Numbered from the stretch's first letter, positions 13,721-26,786 are shown. The stretch: DNA of 42,184 nucleotides from Paraspadella gotoi (GCA_051294375.1 JBJCIZ010000444.1:1-42184); one strand, 5' to 3'. Notes: a model not told the origin generated them from the sequence alone. Numbers and translations: made by a program.

Positions 13721-14559
13721 ATCTTTCCCTTATATTCATATTTATCATGTCCATTAGAGGCCGGGAGGCGACACTAATCTGCGCCAAAGCTTCCTGTCGA
13801 CGTCCGAGGCGTTGGGGCGGCGCGGGGGGGGGGAGAGGGGTTAGTGGAGCTGGAGTGAAGCGCCTGAAAGCGTCAAGCGAGTGGGGTGAGCGGGTGATGT
13901 GCCAGTTAAGACGTAGGAAGGAGGGATGAAGTTGAATTTCGAACGGGCGCGGAACCAAAAATCAGCGAAGTCGTTTACGTTACGTCCTCAACGTTAACTA
14001 ATTTTAATATAGAAATTTACACAAATATATTATGCGCTGATTCTAGTTTCAATTATCATTAAAATTCAATGCCGTTTTTTTTTATATTCTTTAGACTTCA
14101 AACAAACATTCGGCGTGCGAGAAACAAGTATAAGTAGCGAAACTTTTTCGTGTTTTCCATTTCGTTTTTAAAATGAAAAATTTAAATGACGACTCACCTG
14201 ATTGTCGGAGTGAGAGAGAGAGAATAGAGATCCGTGGAAAATTGAGCGCAAAAAGTTATGGGGAGAGAAGGGGAAGAGAAGAAGAGGGAAAAATGAGGGA
14301 GAGACGAGGTAAAAAACGTACGTTAATATTATTAAAGTTGGTGGAAATTACGGAAAGAGGAGAGAGAGAAGAGAGAGAGAGAGGAGTTACGAGCCACGAG
14401 AAGATGAGCTAGATGAGGAGAGAGAGAGAGAAGAGTGGAGGATAAATCATGGGGAAAGGAAGGAAACGGTAAATTTTATTCTATGAATGATTGAATTCAA
14501 CCGCGAAAAACTTGGGTGCTACCAATTAAGTATTGCGGTATGGAAGATAGCATAAAAAA

Positions 14560-15941
14560 CAGAAAAGAGAAAGAGAAGAGAGAGAGAGAGAGAGAGAGAG
14601 GATGAGAGAATAGAGAAGAGAGAGGAGGAGAAAGAGGATGAGTAAGAGANNNNNNNNNNNNNNNNNNNNNNNNNAGGGAAATAAAAGAAAAAGAAAGAGA
14701 GAGATAGAGAGACGTAGAAAGGCGGTCCACACGCGCGCTCTCCTCTTCCGACGGCACAGTGGGGTATTTCGTTTTATGTCGGACGGAGATAAATTTTCGC
14801 GATTATCCTTGAGGGAGAAGATTTTACGCCGAATAGATTGTTATTGTTGAGGGTGAGGTTTTTAAAAAAAAGGAGGGATGGGAGAAGGTGGGTCGAGGCG
14901 GATGGGTAAGGGTTTATGAGGATTGTTAGTTGCTTTAGAAGATGCTTTTTAGAAGGTAAGTCCAGTTGGTGAGCGATAGGTTTTAGAAACAAACGCTATG
15001 GCTGTGAGTGCGAGTTTGTGAGGTCTCTATTCTGTGTGAAAGTTTTCTTTACGCGAGACGATTAAATCTCAGGTTTTTAGTACGAAAAGCCAACTGCATG
15101 CTTTTCCAGTCGTTGCGCACGGTAAACGCTAGCAGAAGCCTCCTCGGTATTAAACTATATAATTAAGAATTCAGCGGCATTAGTTTAATTAAACAGGATC
15201 CAACTGTTCGCTCGTTCAGTTCATATATAATATATATATACCTACCTAACGAAAAAGAATATTAATAAAACNNNNNNNNNNNNNNNNNNNNNNNNNNNNN
15301 NNNNNNNNNNNNNNNNNNNNNNNNNNNNNNNNNNNNNNNNNNNNNNNNNNNNNNNNNNNNNNNNNNNNNNNNNNNNNNNNNNNNNNNAAAAGGTTGCAAA
15401 TCTTGCAACAACAGGAGGCGGAGGCGTTAGCGGCTTCCGGCGGCGTCGGCGGCGGCGGACGGCGTCGGCGGACTGCGGACGCGTCTTGCGGGCGTTTTGC
15501 CGTGATTTAAAGCGGAAACCGGAAAATGACGCCGGAAAATGGAAGATGAAACCGGAAAAAAAANNNNNNNNNNNNNNNNNNNNNNNNNNNNNNNNNNNNN
15601 NNNNNNNNNNNNNNNNNNNNNNNNNNNNNNNNNNNNNNNNNNNNNNNNNNNNNNNNNNNNNNNNNNNNNNNNNNNNNNNNNNNNNNNNNNNNNNNNNNNN
15701 NNNNNNNNNNNNNNNNNNNNNNNNNNNNNNNNNNNNNNNNNNNNNNNNNNNNNNNNNNNNNNNNNNNNNNNNNNNNNNNNNNNNNNNNNAAAAAAATGTC
15801 GAGCGGAGAGAAACCGGATGTGACGTCATTGACTCTCGGGTCTTTGTTACGTCACAACTGGGTTAATTATAAAAGTAATTAATATATAAAATAGAAATTC
15901 ATTTAACATTTTATCCGAGTAAAATGTTCTATAGTTTATTA
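14560..15941 (-). repeat. Long inverted repeat 1, right arm (contains three N-gaps)
   Basis: Collinear reverse complement of 12462-13720. The unambiguous match begins right after the 25-N gap (14675). The gaps at 15272-15387 and 15564-15789 fall opposite low-complexity tracts present in the left arm. Confidence 0.95.
14650..14674. other. Assembly gap of exactly 25 N
   Basis: Counted directly; same length as the gaps at 21599-21623 and 30989-31013. Confidence 1.
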
Positions 15942-17549
15942 GTTTGTTTGTTTGTTTATTTCTCCTTCTTCTTCCCGCGTTAATGTTTTTTTCTGTTTTA
16001 TCCTCTTCTCTTTTTTCTTCTTCTTCCGTATTTCACTTTTTCCCGCTTAATCGCTCACGAGGGACCTTCACGGTTTTTAGTGGCGCCCCCAAGAATTCCG
16101 TCTCAGCCAGAAATATCAATTTTTTTTAAGAGCACAAAAAAAATGAACAGTGAACATAAATAAAAAGCACAACGTAAATAAAACGACCTGGAGAAGGGGG
16201 AGAGAGAGAGAGAGATATGCGACAGGCAACGCACAGGAATGAAACGGGCAATTTAGAAACTATCAACTTATGAATTTTTCACAATAAACAATAAAGCCAG
16301 GAGGGGGAGGGAAAACGCATTCGGATAATATCCGCCGCCATGCACTTTTATCACGCGACTACAGCGTGCTGATCGCCCCCCAACACGTGCGACTGTTCAC
16401 AAGAAGCATTGCCATTTATTAATTTGGGAGCCAGCAGTCTGCAACGCCGAAGTGCCCCTGCTATCACTATTACTGAGAACATGAGTAACACTTGAAGGAA
16501 GTGGTTTGAAATGGCAAAACAAGAAGGACCCAGGACATTGGAAGTGTATATAAGAGTAACATTAAAATAAAAAAAAAACAATCATAAACAAAAAATCACA
16601 AATAAGAAATCACAATAAATCCACATAAGCAGAAAACACACAAAAACACACACACACCAATGAAAAAATGAATAAATATCAAAGTTAAAAAGTACCAAGA
16701 AACTATAGCTCTGAGCTATTGTTATATGATGCAGACGAATATATACAAAGAAAAGAATATAAAAATAATACCATAAAATTAGACCATAGATGAAAATAGA
16801 AAGTGATGAGTGAACATTCGGACAGAAAATAATAGCCTAGTAATGCAGACACAATACTACCAAAAGCAACATCGATATTTGGAGTATCTATCCAGAGAGA
16901 TCGGCCTAGCTCCTGCGCGGAATCAATATACTGAGCAGTGCAGAAGTTCGTTCACGGTCATGGATTAGAAATTCTATTCTGTACTGGCTCTGAGTGAAAT
17001 GGGAAGAAAGCATCTCATCCGAGATACAGAAAAGATCTTCGAAAACTTTTTGGTCTGCCAAGATAACTTTGTTTTCGAAATGTCAAGCGATTGAGTAGAG
17101 GAACCTTCGAATTTCCTAAAGCGTCATAATAACCTGTATGATACCCTGCAAGGAATGGTGGCGTCTTATTACGTCCCCATGGAATATGTCTAACGCATTA
17201 GCTACAAGGTAAGAACTCCTTTCGTGATGTGAGTAATATTGGATCACATCTAGGTCATCGGTGAGATGGATCTGCGAATTCACTAAGATGATTGTGTCTA
17301 TTATATCCATTTAGTTGTGACGGCTGCCCGAATCCCAAACCAGTCTGGTGTCTGCGGTCCTCCGCTAACATAGAAAAAATATACAATCTTGGATTTCCAA
17401 CGTTATTCCGGGATCAGATAATGGACCCAGAATTCCTATGGCCTCAACAGGCTTCATAGAAGCGGCGGCCTCTAGTTGCGAATGTTGTATTAGAACCTAG
17501 CAAAAAGAGTCTCATGCATACCTCCTTCCAAACTAAGCCCAGCGCGGCC

Positions 17550-20500
17550 CAATGTTGGAAAGAAAAGTTTCACCATCTGACCCGGGACCAGGTTGACCCC
17601 CAAAAAAACCCCTAAATTGCACTTGAACTTATTTTGTTCGCGTCGTGAGTGTTTTTTACTTACGGATGCAAATACTACATCATCGCGAATGCAAATAGCC
17701 AAAAGAGAAATCCACTACCAATGGGAACACGGGATGAAGTTATGAAGGATCAAAGGTTTTTAGTATTCGTACTGTGTGGACTGTTCAAATTAACATCTAC
17801 TACAACATCCCGCGTAACCCTGTTCGTTATTAGGTTAACGCAGTGCATCATCTCTCTTTCTCCCGAGCTTTGTAGCTTTGACTTCTTTTTCAATTCTGAG
17901 TTCCTTTGGCGAATTAAATGTTTTTGTTATCCCTTTATCAAATTGTAAGTCCTGTATTTGCTTCTTTCACTAAAGACGCCCATATTCAGTTATCAGACCG
18001 CACGTATCAATCAGAATAAGCTGATTTACATCAGAACAGGAATTTTGAAGAGCCCGAATATATTGAAATATGAACCAGTAATATATATGAAGAGAGAAGT
18101 TTACAGAGATAAAGTTCAAAAAATGCATGAAATTGATCGGACTGAGCACAACTAACAAGAAAAGATGATAATTACCCGCATGACACAAATGATAAAACAA
18201 ACCCCAAAAGGGAAAAAGGAAGAAGACCTAGTTTCTATACCCATTGGGAGACCAATAGTCCTCGTTTTATAGCGACAACTCATCTATCCACGATGGGAAA
18301 AACTTCTATCAGCCGTGATGATTTTATTCCCAAAAATATATTTTTCTTCCAATAAAATTTCCCTTTTCACCCTCTCATTTCATAAAAAATTTACTGTTAG
18401 CTTGGCCTCGACCTATCCAATCTTTATTTGTTTCCTACCCAAATGCCTCCCAAGTTCACCCAATGTACCCACCGTCCTTGTCCACCTGTGCCACATTTAC
18501 CACGTGGCTCTCTCATGTTCCGCCATGGTCCAATTCTCGTCCCCATGCCATGCCCGCTTACACCCTATATCTAAAGGCCACTTTTTTATACCTCTAACCA
18601 TCTTTCTCCGCAGATCTCCAAACCCCACTTTAATACGCCTGTTTCCCCATCTTTCTGTTCACCATCTCTGCTCTCTTTTCCATCGTGCTTCGCCCACATA
18701 CCTATCCCGCAGATAATAAAATTCCTCCCACGACCATGCTCTTTACACCACGAACTTTTACTGTGTCTCCCTATCTCCGTCGCGCGCATAATCGTCAATC
18801 ACCCATCTCTACGCCCAATCGTCTAATCACCATCTTCCTCCCCATCGCTTTCACCCCTCATCTCACCCCATCTCGTTCCCCCTATCGTCCTCACACGTGC
18901 GAACCGACTCATGGCTGGCGATTCATCTTCAGAGACCCCAACTGCTGCAACAAGGTCTTGGAAGGGAACGTGCGTGTGACGAGTATACGTATATAACTTT
19001 GAAACACAAAAGACAAAACTTCAGAAGAAAATGTGGAGGACAGGTACAGAGTGAGAGATTACGGCCTGAATTTAGCCGGTCTGATTCCAAAGAATACATC
19101 CCAATAATCCCCTGCCATGACAGAAAGAATGAACGTGACACAAACGTAGAACGACGCAAAAGATAGCGCCGCTGGAGATGAAGACGAGAAATCCAAATCC
19201 GAACAACACTGCAAAAAGGACGAAGAAGTTATCGAGCGAAGAAGAAAGGAACGCAGCAGACGAGTGAGAGGGAGGGTTTAACCACGAAAATGGTATGAAA
19301 TGTGGGAGAGCTTGTAGAGAAGGACAGCGCTCGGAGGGTGTTTACCAGAAGGAACGCCTGCCGATGAGACGGCGCGAGAGAGCGACTCTCAGAATGAGGA
19401 AAGACGAGATGGTGACAAGAAATGGAAGATGAGGAATTTATTCTATGGATTGCAAGTGAGAGAGAAGTGGAAGAGACGAGAGATGGGAAGCATGGGGAGG
19501 AAAGCGAGAGGAGATATTTTTATTAGGACAGGAACATGTTACCGGAAAAAGTAAAGAAGAATCGTAAATGGATTGGAGGAAAAGGGACTAAAAGAAAAGA
19601 GATAGATCAATTGGATAATTTAATAATGTATATATTGTTACTTTTGGGAAAAGCCACCTTTATTTACTAGAGAAAGATGAGAATCTGAATAATCGGGAGC
19701 CACGCAACAACGCTGAACGCTGGGAAACGCAGAAACTCGTGCATAGCAAGCTGCCTCCGGAATTATTCGGCACATCGTTGAATTTGATTTTTGAACCCTG
19801 CAAGAACATGAATCATCAAAGGTTATATTACATACAAAGAGAGACAAGGAGAACGTTGGAGGAGAGGATGATGACCAAGGACGATGAGAGATGAGACCGA
19901 TCGTGGAGGTATGAGAGGCAGACTAGAAGCGAAGAGCAGCCGCAAACCAATTCCTGATCCAAGAAAACCCCGTTTGGATACGAGAACCCGAGATCTTATG
20001 ACTACTAGCGCATCAAGGGAAAGAAGAGACGCGAAGTGAGGAGATAGAGATCAAAGAGGAGAATTCTTCCTGCTGAAGTCACGGGAAAAGGAGACAGAAC
20101 CAGAGACCGGAGAGACCGACTCAAAAGTGAAATAAAGAAGGGAACTCAATACAACCCAGGAGTGTGTCTAAAAAAAAATTTTCGGAGTCGATATAATCCT
20201 GTTTAACACGATTCTCCTCAAGTGGAGACACAGATGTCAACCAGGCGAATTTTATGAAACGCAAATAGCAACGAACGGGCAGGTCACCACACACTGAGCA
20301 GAGAATTTTATGAGGTGCACGGAAGACGGTTTGCCAATTGTCACTGTGAAGCAAGATACGGAGCAAAATCGCGTCTCAAAAGAGAATTACCATCTTCTCT
20401 TTTTTTCAAACAAAAACTTTTGATTCTTTCCTGTTTCGTTTTCTTTCTTTTTTATTCTTTTTTTTTTTGATAGCCCTTGGTCTCGATACGGTTTGTAGTG

Positions 20501-21360
20501 TAGGGCCCGTGATACCTGAGGAGTGACCCATCGAAAGAGATTATGATTAGTTCGCAAATACAAAATGTTTAATCTCCTCCTTTTTTTTGATTTTTCTTTA
20601 ATTCCATAATATCCTTTTATGTCAATGATTAGTTATTTACCTATTTTTGGGATCTGATGTGTCATATCGTATAAGACTGGTATAATTTTAGAAAAAAGAA
20701 AAAAAAAAAAAAAAAAAAAATATAACCGTACTCAGATCAAAAAGAAGTTAACCAGACAAAAAAAGAAAAATCTTGGCTCATCTTGTGTCTTACGACTCTT
20801 CTTTTGTCGTGGGATTCAATTCCTCTCTGCTCTTCTTTATTCGTTTATTCTTTTTTTTTATTTATATATAATCTACATATAAATTTCTTTCTGTGGTCTG
20901 AGATGTATGAGAAAAAGACTTGTTGACACTACTGTGTCTCAAATGCTGTGCCACCTTATGTGAGCCGGCATTTTTAAATTCCTTCTCGAAAAAAAAAAAG
21001 TGTTTAAGGTCTTTTTATTAGGTATATAGAAAACTAACCGAGTTCATCAGGCTAGAGTTTAATAAATTATATTGTAATTAATTTCTGATTTCTCTTGCAA
21101 TGTACAAATTGATAGAAAACAGTATTATAAATATAACGCTAGAAAGTATCTAGAACAGTGTGTTTATGAGGTTGTCCTTCCTAAAACGGATTTCATGATC
21201 AAATTAGACAATATTATTTCTTTTTTCTTTTCTTTCTGTTATGCTTACCTGTGTTGTGATTATTAGAAGGGGACTACAGACATCCTTTATATCGTTTTCT
21301 GGGTCGCCATATGATTGCTAATTCCTGTACCTTTTCATTTGCATATCGACATTATTTCGG
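17550..21360 (+). repeat. Long inverted repeat 2, left arm (insertion-riddled copy)
   Basis: Collinear reverse-complement anchors: ~17571-17640 vs 23473-23533; 17933-17970 vs 23322-23357; 18318-18375 vs 23226-23282; 20241-20287 vs 22281-22326; 20390-20495 vs 22143-22240; 20938-21040 vs 21850-21942; 21168-21300 vs 21678-21788. About twice as long as the right arm because of scattered insertions. The outer limit is uncertain. Confidence 0.9.
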
Positions 21361-21598
21361 TCCCAAAATCAAGCGAAGTACTAATGTGAGGGTCAGTGAA
21401 AGTCGCCGAACGAAGAGGAAATGATGAAGAGAGAGAGAACGGATTTCCGGTATTCCTGAAGAATGTTCATGAGTGGAGAGAAAGGTGAGCAGCAGGAGAA
21501 GAGCAGAGATGAGACGGGGTGGAGAGAGAGAGAGATATAGAGAGAATAACTGCCGATGTGTTATTTCTCTCTCCCTCTCTCTTCTCTGCTCTGCTCGT

Positions 21599-21623
21599 NN
21601 NNNNNNNNNNNNNNNNNNNNNNN
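21599..21623. other. Assembly gap of exactly 25 N near the centre of inverted repeat 2
   Basis: Counted directly. Confidence 1.
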
Positions 21624-21654
<31 letters not shown>

Positions 21655-21660
<6 letters not shown>

Positions 21661-23550
21661 TCCGAAATTGTTGAACCAAAAACGATTAAAGGATTTCTTG
21701 ATCCCCTTCTAATAATAAACACAAAAATAAGAAAGAAAAGAAAAAGAAAATATTTTATTGATCTGAATCCGTTTAGAAGGACAACCTCCACCAAGATACT
21801 CAGCGCAAAAACGTTCATTGTAATTGCAAGAGAAAGATTTTTTAACTAATCGGTTAGTTTTCATACCAAAAAAATCTTTAAAAAACTTTTTTTTTTCGAG
21901 AAGAAATTAAAAATCCGCCACATAGCTGGCACAGATTTGACAGAGCCAGCTTCTCCCGAAGAGATATATAAAAAAAGAACAATGGCGGTTGAAGACAAAA
22001 GAACATTCCGTTCTTGCCTCGGAACTTTTTATCGAAGGTAAGCCGCGAATAAAACACAATAAAAAAAGGTAAAATATAAAAAAATAAAGGAAAAAATAAA
22101 AAAGGAGGGAAAAATGATATCTCGTTCTTTCGATCACTAAGTCAACCGTCTCGAGACCAAGGCTATCAAAAAAAAAAAGAATAAAAAAGAAAGAAAAGAA
22201 AGGAAAGAATCAATAAGTTTTTTGTTTGAAAAAAAAATGGAATCGGGGATTTTCGATCTCCCTTGGGATCCAGGACCAGCGTGACCAACGTTGGCCTATT
22301 CTGCGTTTCAGTAAAATTCGCTCTGGTCCTTCTAATTTTCCTCGGACAAATGTTTTTAACCATTTATTTATCTTCTTTTCTTTTGAGGTTCTGGCTCTCT
22401 CTCTCTCTTCTTCTCGTCGTCTCATCCGTCTCCTCCTCGATCTCCTGCGTCTCGTCTCTCTCTCTCTCGTTTCCTGTGTCTCCGAAGGGTTCACAGATTT
22501 CGCGGCCGATTTTCCGTTCATTTTGCAGAATTATAAGGTCCAAAGAAACAAACATAAATATGGATTATTTGTTTCTGTTTTAGTGTCGCTTCTCCTCTGC
22601 TCTGCTGCTGCTCTCACTGCTCACTCGTCTCGCTCGTCTCTCTCTCTCTCTCTCTCTCGTCTCGTCTCTCTCTCTCTTGTCTCAACCAAATCCGAAATGC
22701 TCTCTCTGCCCATTTTTATTTTTTTCCGATTTTGTGGTTTTTTTTTTCAAAAAGACGAAAAAGAAGTTTTTTTTTTTTGTCGACCAAGAAAAAAAACGAT
22801 GTGACGTGGGGCGAAATGAGGGCCGTCGGTTGACGTGGAGGAAGGATGGGGGGGAAGAGATGCGGGTGGAGATGTGGGGAAGCAAGATGGGGAGGAGATG
22901 GGTGATAGAGATGGGTTTGTAGAGATGGGGGAGAGTATATGGGGATGAGATGGGGGAAGAAGATGGGGAAAGAGATGGCGTGGAGATGGGGAAAAGATGT
23001 GGGGAAGCAGATGGGGAGGAGATGGTGAATGAGATGGGGACAGAAAAGGGGGTGGAGATCGGGAAAAAGATGGGAGAGGAAACGTGGCATGGATAAGGCG
23101 GATGGCATGGACGAGAATGGAATGGCGGAAATGGAGACAGGGTAAATGTGGCAAGGTGGCATGGACGTGGGGACATGGGTGACTTTGCATTAAAAATAAA
23201 GATTGGAATCGAGGCCAGTAAAATAATGAGAAGGGTGAAAAGGAAATTAGGAAGAAAATATATTTTGGGAATAAAATCATCTGATAGACCATTTGGTCCA
23301 TCTACTGGTCCATTTCCTGCGATGAAACGAAGGCAAAACAGATTAAATTTGATAAAGAAAAAAAAATAATGAAGAATGAAGAAAAGTCAGCGAGAAATAG
23401 GATCGTCTAAAACGAAAGGTTACGTAATAACACGATCTTTTCACTTCATGGAATTCACAGTAAAAACCTCCCAAAACGACAAAAAAGTTCAATCAATTTA
23501 GTTTTTTTTTGGGTCAATTCGGGTCAGAGGTGACGCGAGAAACACGGCAT
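21655..23550 (-). repeat. Long inverted repeat 2, right arm (cleaner copy)
   Basis: Same anchors as the left arm. It starts just after the 25-N gap at 21599-21623 and its flanking (CT)n run. Confidence 0.9.
22805..23175 (+). repeat. GAGATGGGG-type degenerate minisatellite grading into GTGGCATGG units
   Basis: Repeated gatgggg/gagatgg cores about every 10-15 bp from 22845 to 23075, then (g)tggcatgga units to 23175. Confidence 0.75.
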
Positions 23551-23982
23551 CCAACTCATCGACTCTGAAAAGATGAAAGAAATGAAGCCAACTCTTTTTT
23601 CCTCTTTTTTTCTTTTTTTCTTTTTGATTCATGAAATAAGAAAAATGAAAAGAAACTAAAAGAGGAAATAAAAACCGAATCAAACGCGAATAAAAAAAGA
23701 AAGAAAGGAAAAAATGAAATAAAAAGGAAAGAATAAAAAGGGAATGAAAGAAAGAACGAAGGTCTTGATCCCAATAAAGTCGCCTTTCGTCGGAACGCAT
23801 CGTCGACTCGAAAAGGCGACGACGACGACGACGACGAAGACGACGAGGAACTGCGACAAAGGGCAGTCAACACCCGTGAACTGTTGACGGGACGACGATG
23901 ACAAAGACGACGACGATGACGACGAAAGAATCGAAAATCATTCGAGCGGAAAAACTTTTTTCATACTCCCATACTCTCTCTG

Positions 23983-24013
<31 letters not shown>

Positions 24014-24439
24014 CTTCCCTCTCTCTCTCTCTCTCCTCTCTAATCTCTCCCCCGCCACCAGCCGTTAACTCACAATCGCCAAACATGCACGTTTTTATGG
24101 CGATCGCCGAAAAAAAAAGGAGAGAGATTAGAGAGAGAGAGACAGAGTGCACGGCGGCCAGCCGAATCGCGTCTGGTCGGGCGCGAGCCTCGGGTAACGT
24201 AGATGGTAAGTGCGCTCGGGCGAGCGGACCGTCGGGCGACTGGGAAGGACGTCAGTGACTCTTCTGATCTTTTTCAATTCCGACGAATCATTAAACGTAA
24301 AATTATTTTTTCTCTTTTTCGCACTCTCGAGGTGAGTATTTGCGCGTGAGAAGAAAAAAACAAAAAAAAAAAGAAAAAAAAAACGAAACATTAGAAAAAA
24401 AAAAGCAATAAGAATTGATATTTTTTGGTCTCGTTTCAT

Positions 24440-24612
24440 TGTCGTCCGTCGTCGTCGTCCTGTTTCGTCCGTCGTCGTCGTTCGTCGTCCGGTCGTCGTC
24501 GTCGTCGTCGTCGTCGTCCGTCGTCGTCGGCCGTCGTCGTTCCGTCGTCGTCGTATCGTCTCCAGTTCAGTCATCGCTCGCGTCGTCGTCCGTCGTCGTT
24601 TCTTCGGTCGTC
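24440..24612 (+). repeat. Degenerate (CGT)n trinucleotide tract
   Basis: Read directly. Other (CGT)/(GAC) tracts at ~23817-23845, 26236-26285, 26966-27006, 28525-28564, 28828-28853, 28948-28995, 31014-31062 and 41491-41534. Confidence 0.9.
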
Positions 24613-24649
24613 GGTACTCGTCTAGCCGTCCGTCAAAGAATGAGTTTAA

Positions 24650-24814
24650 GAATCCTCAAAAACAGCAGACGAAGTTCAATTGATCCGAACTCTCAAACAG
24701 ATGCAGCCTGGCCAAGATAATAGTTTAGAACGAAAATCTAGAAGATTGCTGCGAAGGAACTTTTGGTACGCCGTATATCTTAATTTAATCTCCGATACCA
24801 TGACAAGGAATGAG
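24650..24814 (+). CDS. Candidate exon, product unknown
   Basis: 55 stop-free codons of normal complexity (ESSKTADEVQLIRTLKQMQPGQDNSLERKSRRLLRRNFWYAVYLNLISDTMTRNE) ending at a donor-like gag|gtaaat. Confidence 0.25.
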
Positions 24815-25029
24815 GTAAATTTTGTTCATTTAGATGTGAAAATTTTTTAACAAATCTGCTATCCTTTCTACATTAACTCTTTTTTACATTTTTGGTCCAC
24901 GGATATGACGTTGGGTAATAATAATAATAATAATAATTAAAATAATAAATAATAATAATAATAAATAAAATACATAATAAAAAATAATACATAATAAATA
25001 ACCTGTATTAGCACGCAATTTTCACAAAG

Positions 25030-25380
25030 CTAAACTTACTATTACACATTTCTCTTAAACTTCTTTATAGGTATTAAAGATTTCTTACACACTAAAAAAC
25101 CAGAGATATATAACACATTTTTTACATGTTACTACGACAGCAAATTATAGCCGGAAACAAAATACTAGCATACGCATGATTGGCGCTGAAAGACAAACGA
25201 CCAGACGGAAAACGCCTTCTGAGCGTACAAACCCCTGTGATGCCAGTCACCAAACACAGGAACAAAAACCGACCCAATTAAACAAAGTTGAAAGACCATT
25301 CGAAAAGAAACCGGAAAAAACATGGGAATGACGTACTGCAACAAGTTGGCATTAAAACGATGCCAGCGTGGTTGTGTAAG
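25030..25380 (+). mobile_element. Possible 3' remnant of an RTE-like non-LTR retrotransposon ORF
   Basis: Frameshifted translation: KLLYR/VLKISYT/HTKKPEIY...QQIIAGNKILAYA...KRPDGKRLL..QTP...RNKNRP...KTIRKETG...LQQ...AW. This follows the order of the recalled RTE post-RT consensus (L.ISW..H.TNEELY...IR.RRLRFAGH...LL.W.P...R.RGRP..T...L..DTG...DR..W). It needs several frameshifts. Confidence 0.4.
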
Positions 25381-25890
25381 AATGAGATGGTGCTATCGGA
25401 GAATGAAAGCAATAGTTTAAAGAATGAGGAAGGGAAATAATGAACAGATGAAAGAACCATGCAAACGAACATGAAAATATGAAGAATGATAAGTTATCCA
25501 GTTAAGTGGAAGTTGACAGTCACTTGCCACACAACTCCTAGAATAAGGAGGAGACGAGAGAGCGACAGAAGATGACGACGAGGAGAAAGAGGACCGCAGA
25601 AGACGCACAGACAAAAGAAAAGAAGAGAAGAAAGAGAGAAACGATCGAGAAAGGGTTACGGCGATATATTCATGCAAATTGTAGTGCCGCGCGTTCGCAC
25701 CGTGGTATCCGACGCGAATTGTGCGGAGCTATTTGGAGTTTTTTCAAAATGACAACAATTTTCCCATCCCGTCCTTTAATCTGACCCGGAGGGAACAGAG
25801 AGATGACGAGATGAGAGAGAAGAGATGTGAGAGACGAGATAGAGAGAGAGAGGCAGACCGATAGCAGAGAGGAGAGATGATCTAGAAGGA

Positions 25891-26162
25891 NNNNNNNNNN
25901 NNNNNNNNNNNNNNNNNNNNNNNNNNNNNNNNNNNNNNNNNNNNNNNNNNNNNNNNNNNNNNNNNNNNNNNNNNNNNNNNNNNNNNNNNNNNNNNNNNNN
26001 NNNNNNNNNNNNNNNNNNNNNNNNNNNNNNNNNNNNNNNNNNNNNNNNNNNNNNNNNNNNNNNNNNNNNNNNNNNNNNNNNNNNNNNNNNNNNNNNNNNN
26101 NNNNNNNNNNNNNNNNNNNNNNNNNNNNNNNNNNNNNNNNNNNNNNNNNNNNNNNNNNNNNN
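25891..26162. other. Sized scaffold gap (272 N)
   Basis: Counted directly. Other sized gaps: 15272-15387 (116), 15564-15789 (226), 40717-40947 (231). Confidence 1.
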
Positions 26163-26233
26163 CTCCCTTTCTTCTCTCTTCCTCGATAAAATTTTCTTTT
26201 TTCACATTCCATAAAATCTTTCTTCCGCCGACT

Positions 26234-26286
<53 letters not shown>

Positions 26287-26600
26287 TCACGCGATCACCG
26301 ACGAATTATCTCTCGTTTTCTCTGTTTTTCACAGAATCACCAAAAAGTCTTTCGGCGGTTATATCTCTCACTTTCTTCGTCGTTCGATGTTCGTCGTTCG
26401 TCGTTCGCCGTTTGTCGTTTGCTGTTCGTTGTTCGTCTTCGCCGTTCGTCGTTCGCTGTTCGTCGTTCGTCTTCGCCGTCTCAGGCGAAGAATAATAAAA
26501 ACAGAGAAACTCAAAATGAAGGGAAAAAAATCACGAGTATAAAGAATCACATAAAAATATCTCAGCACCATGATAGAGCAATAGAGAAATAGAGAAATAG

Positions 26601-26690
26601 AAAAGAAAAGAAAAGAAAAGAAAAGAAAAGAAAAGAAAAGAAAAGAAAAGAAAAGAAAAGAAAAGAAAAGAAAAGAAAAGAAAAGAAAAG
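26601..26690 (+). repeat. Perfect (AAAAG)18 microsatellite
   Basis: Read directly from the sequence. Confidence 0.95.
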
Positions 26691-26786
26691 AAAAAAAAAT
26701 AAGAAGGCTTAACAATAACGTCTCTTCTAACCACGGTACAAAAATGATATCATAACGAGAAACGCGTTTTAATGTCTGCACCCGAT

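Noticed and set aside
16985-17650. Apparent exons with gtaaga / gctaacatag / gtgagt splice signals
   Set aside because: The 3' part is the noisy inverted copy of non-coding 23470-23535, and the rest may be its continuation, so the signals are probably chance.
18260-23333. MULE-like element with ~500-bp TIRs
   Set aside because: The inverted match continues inward to the central gap and outward to ~17550, so it is a whole fold-back, not TIRs around a unique interior.
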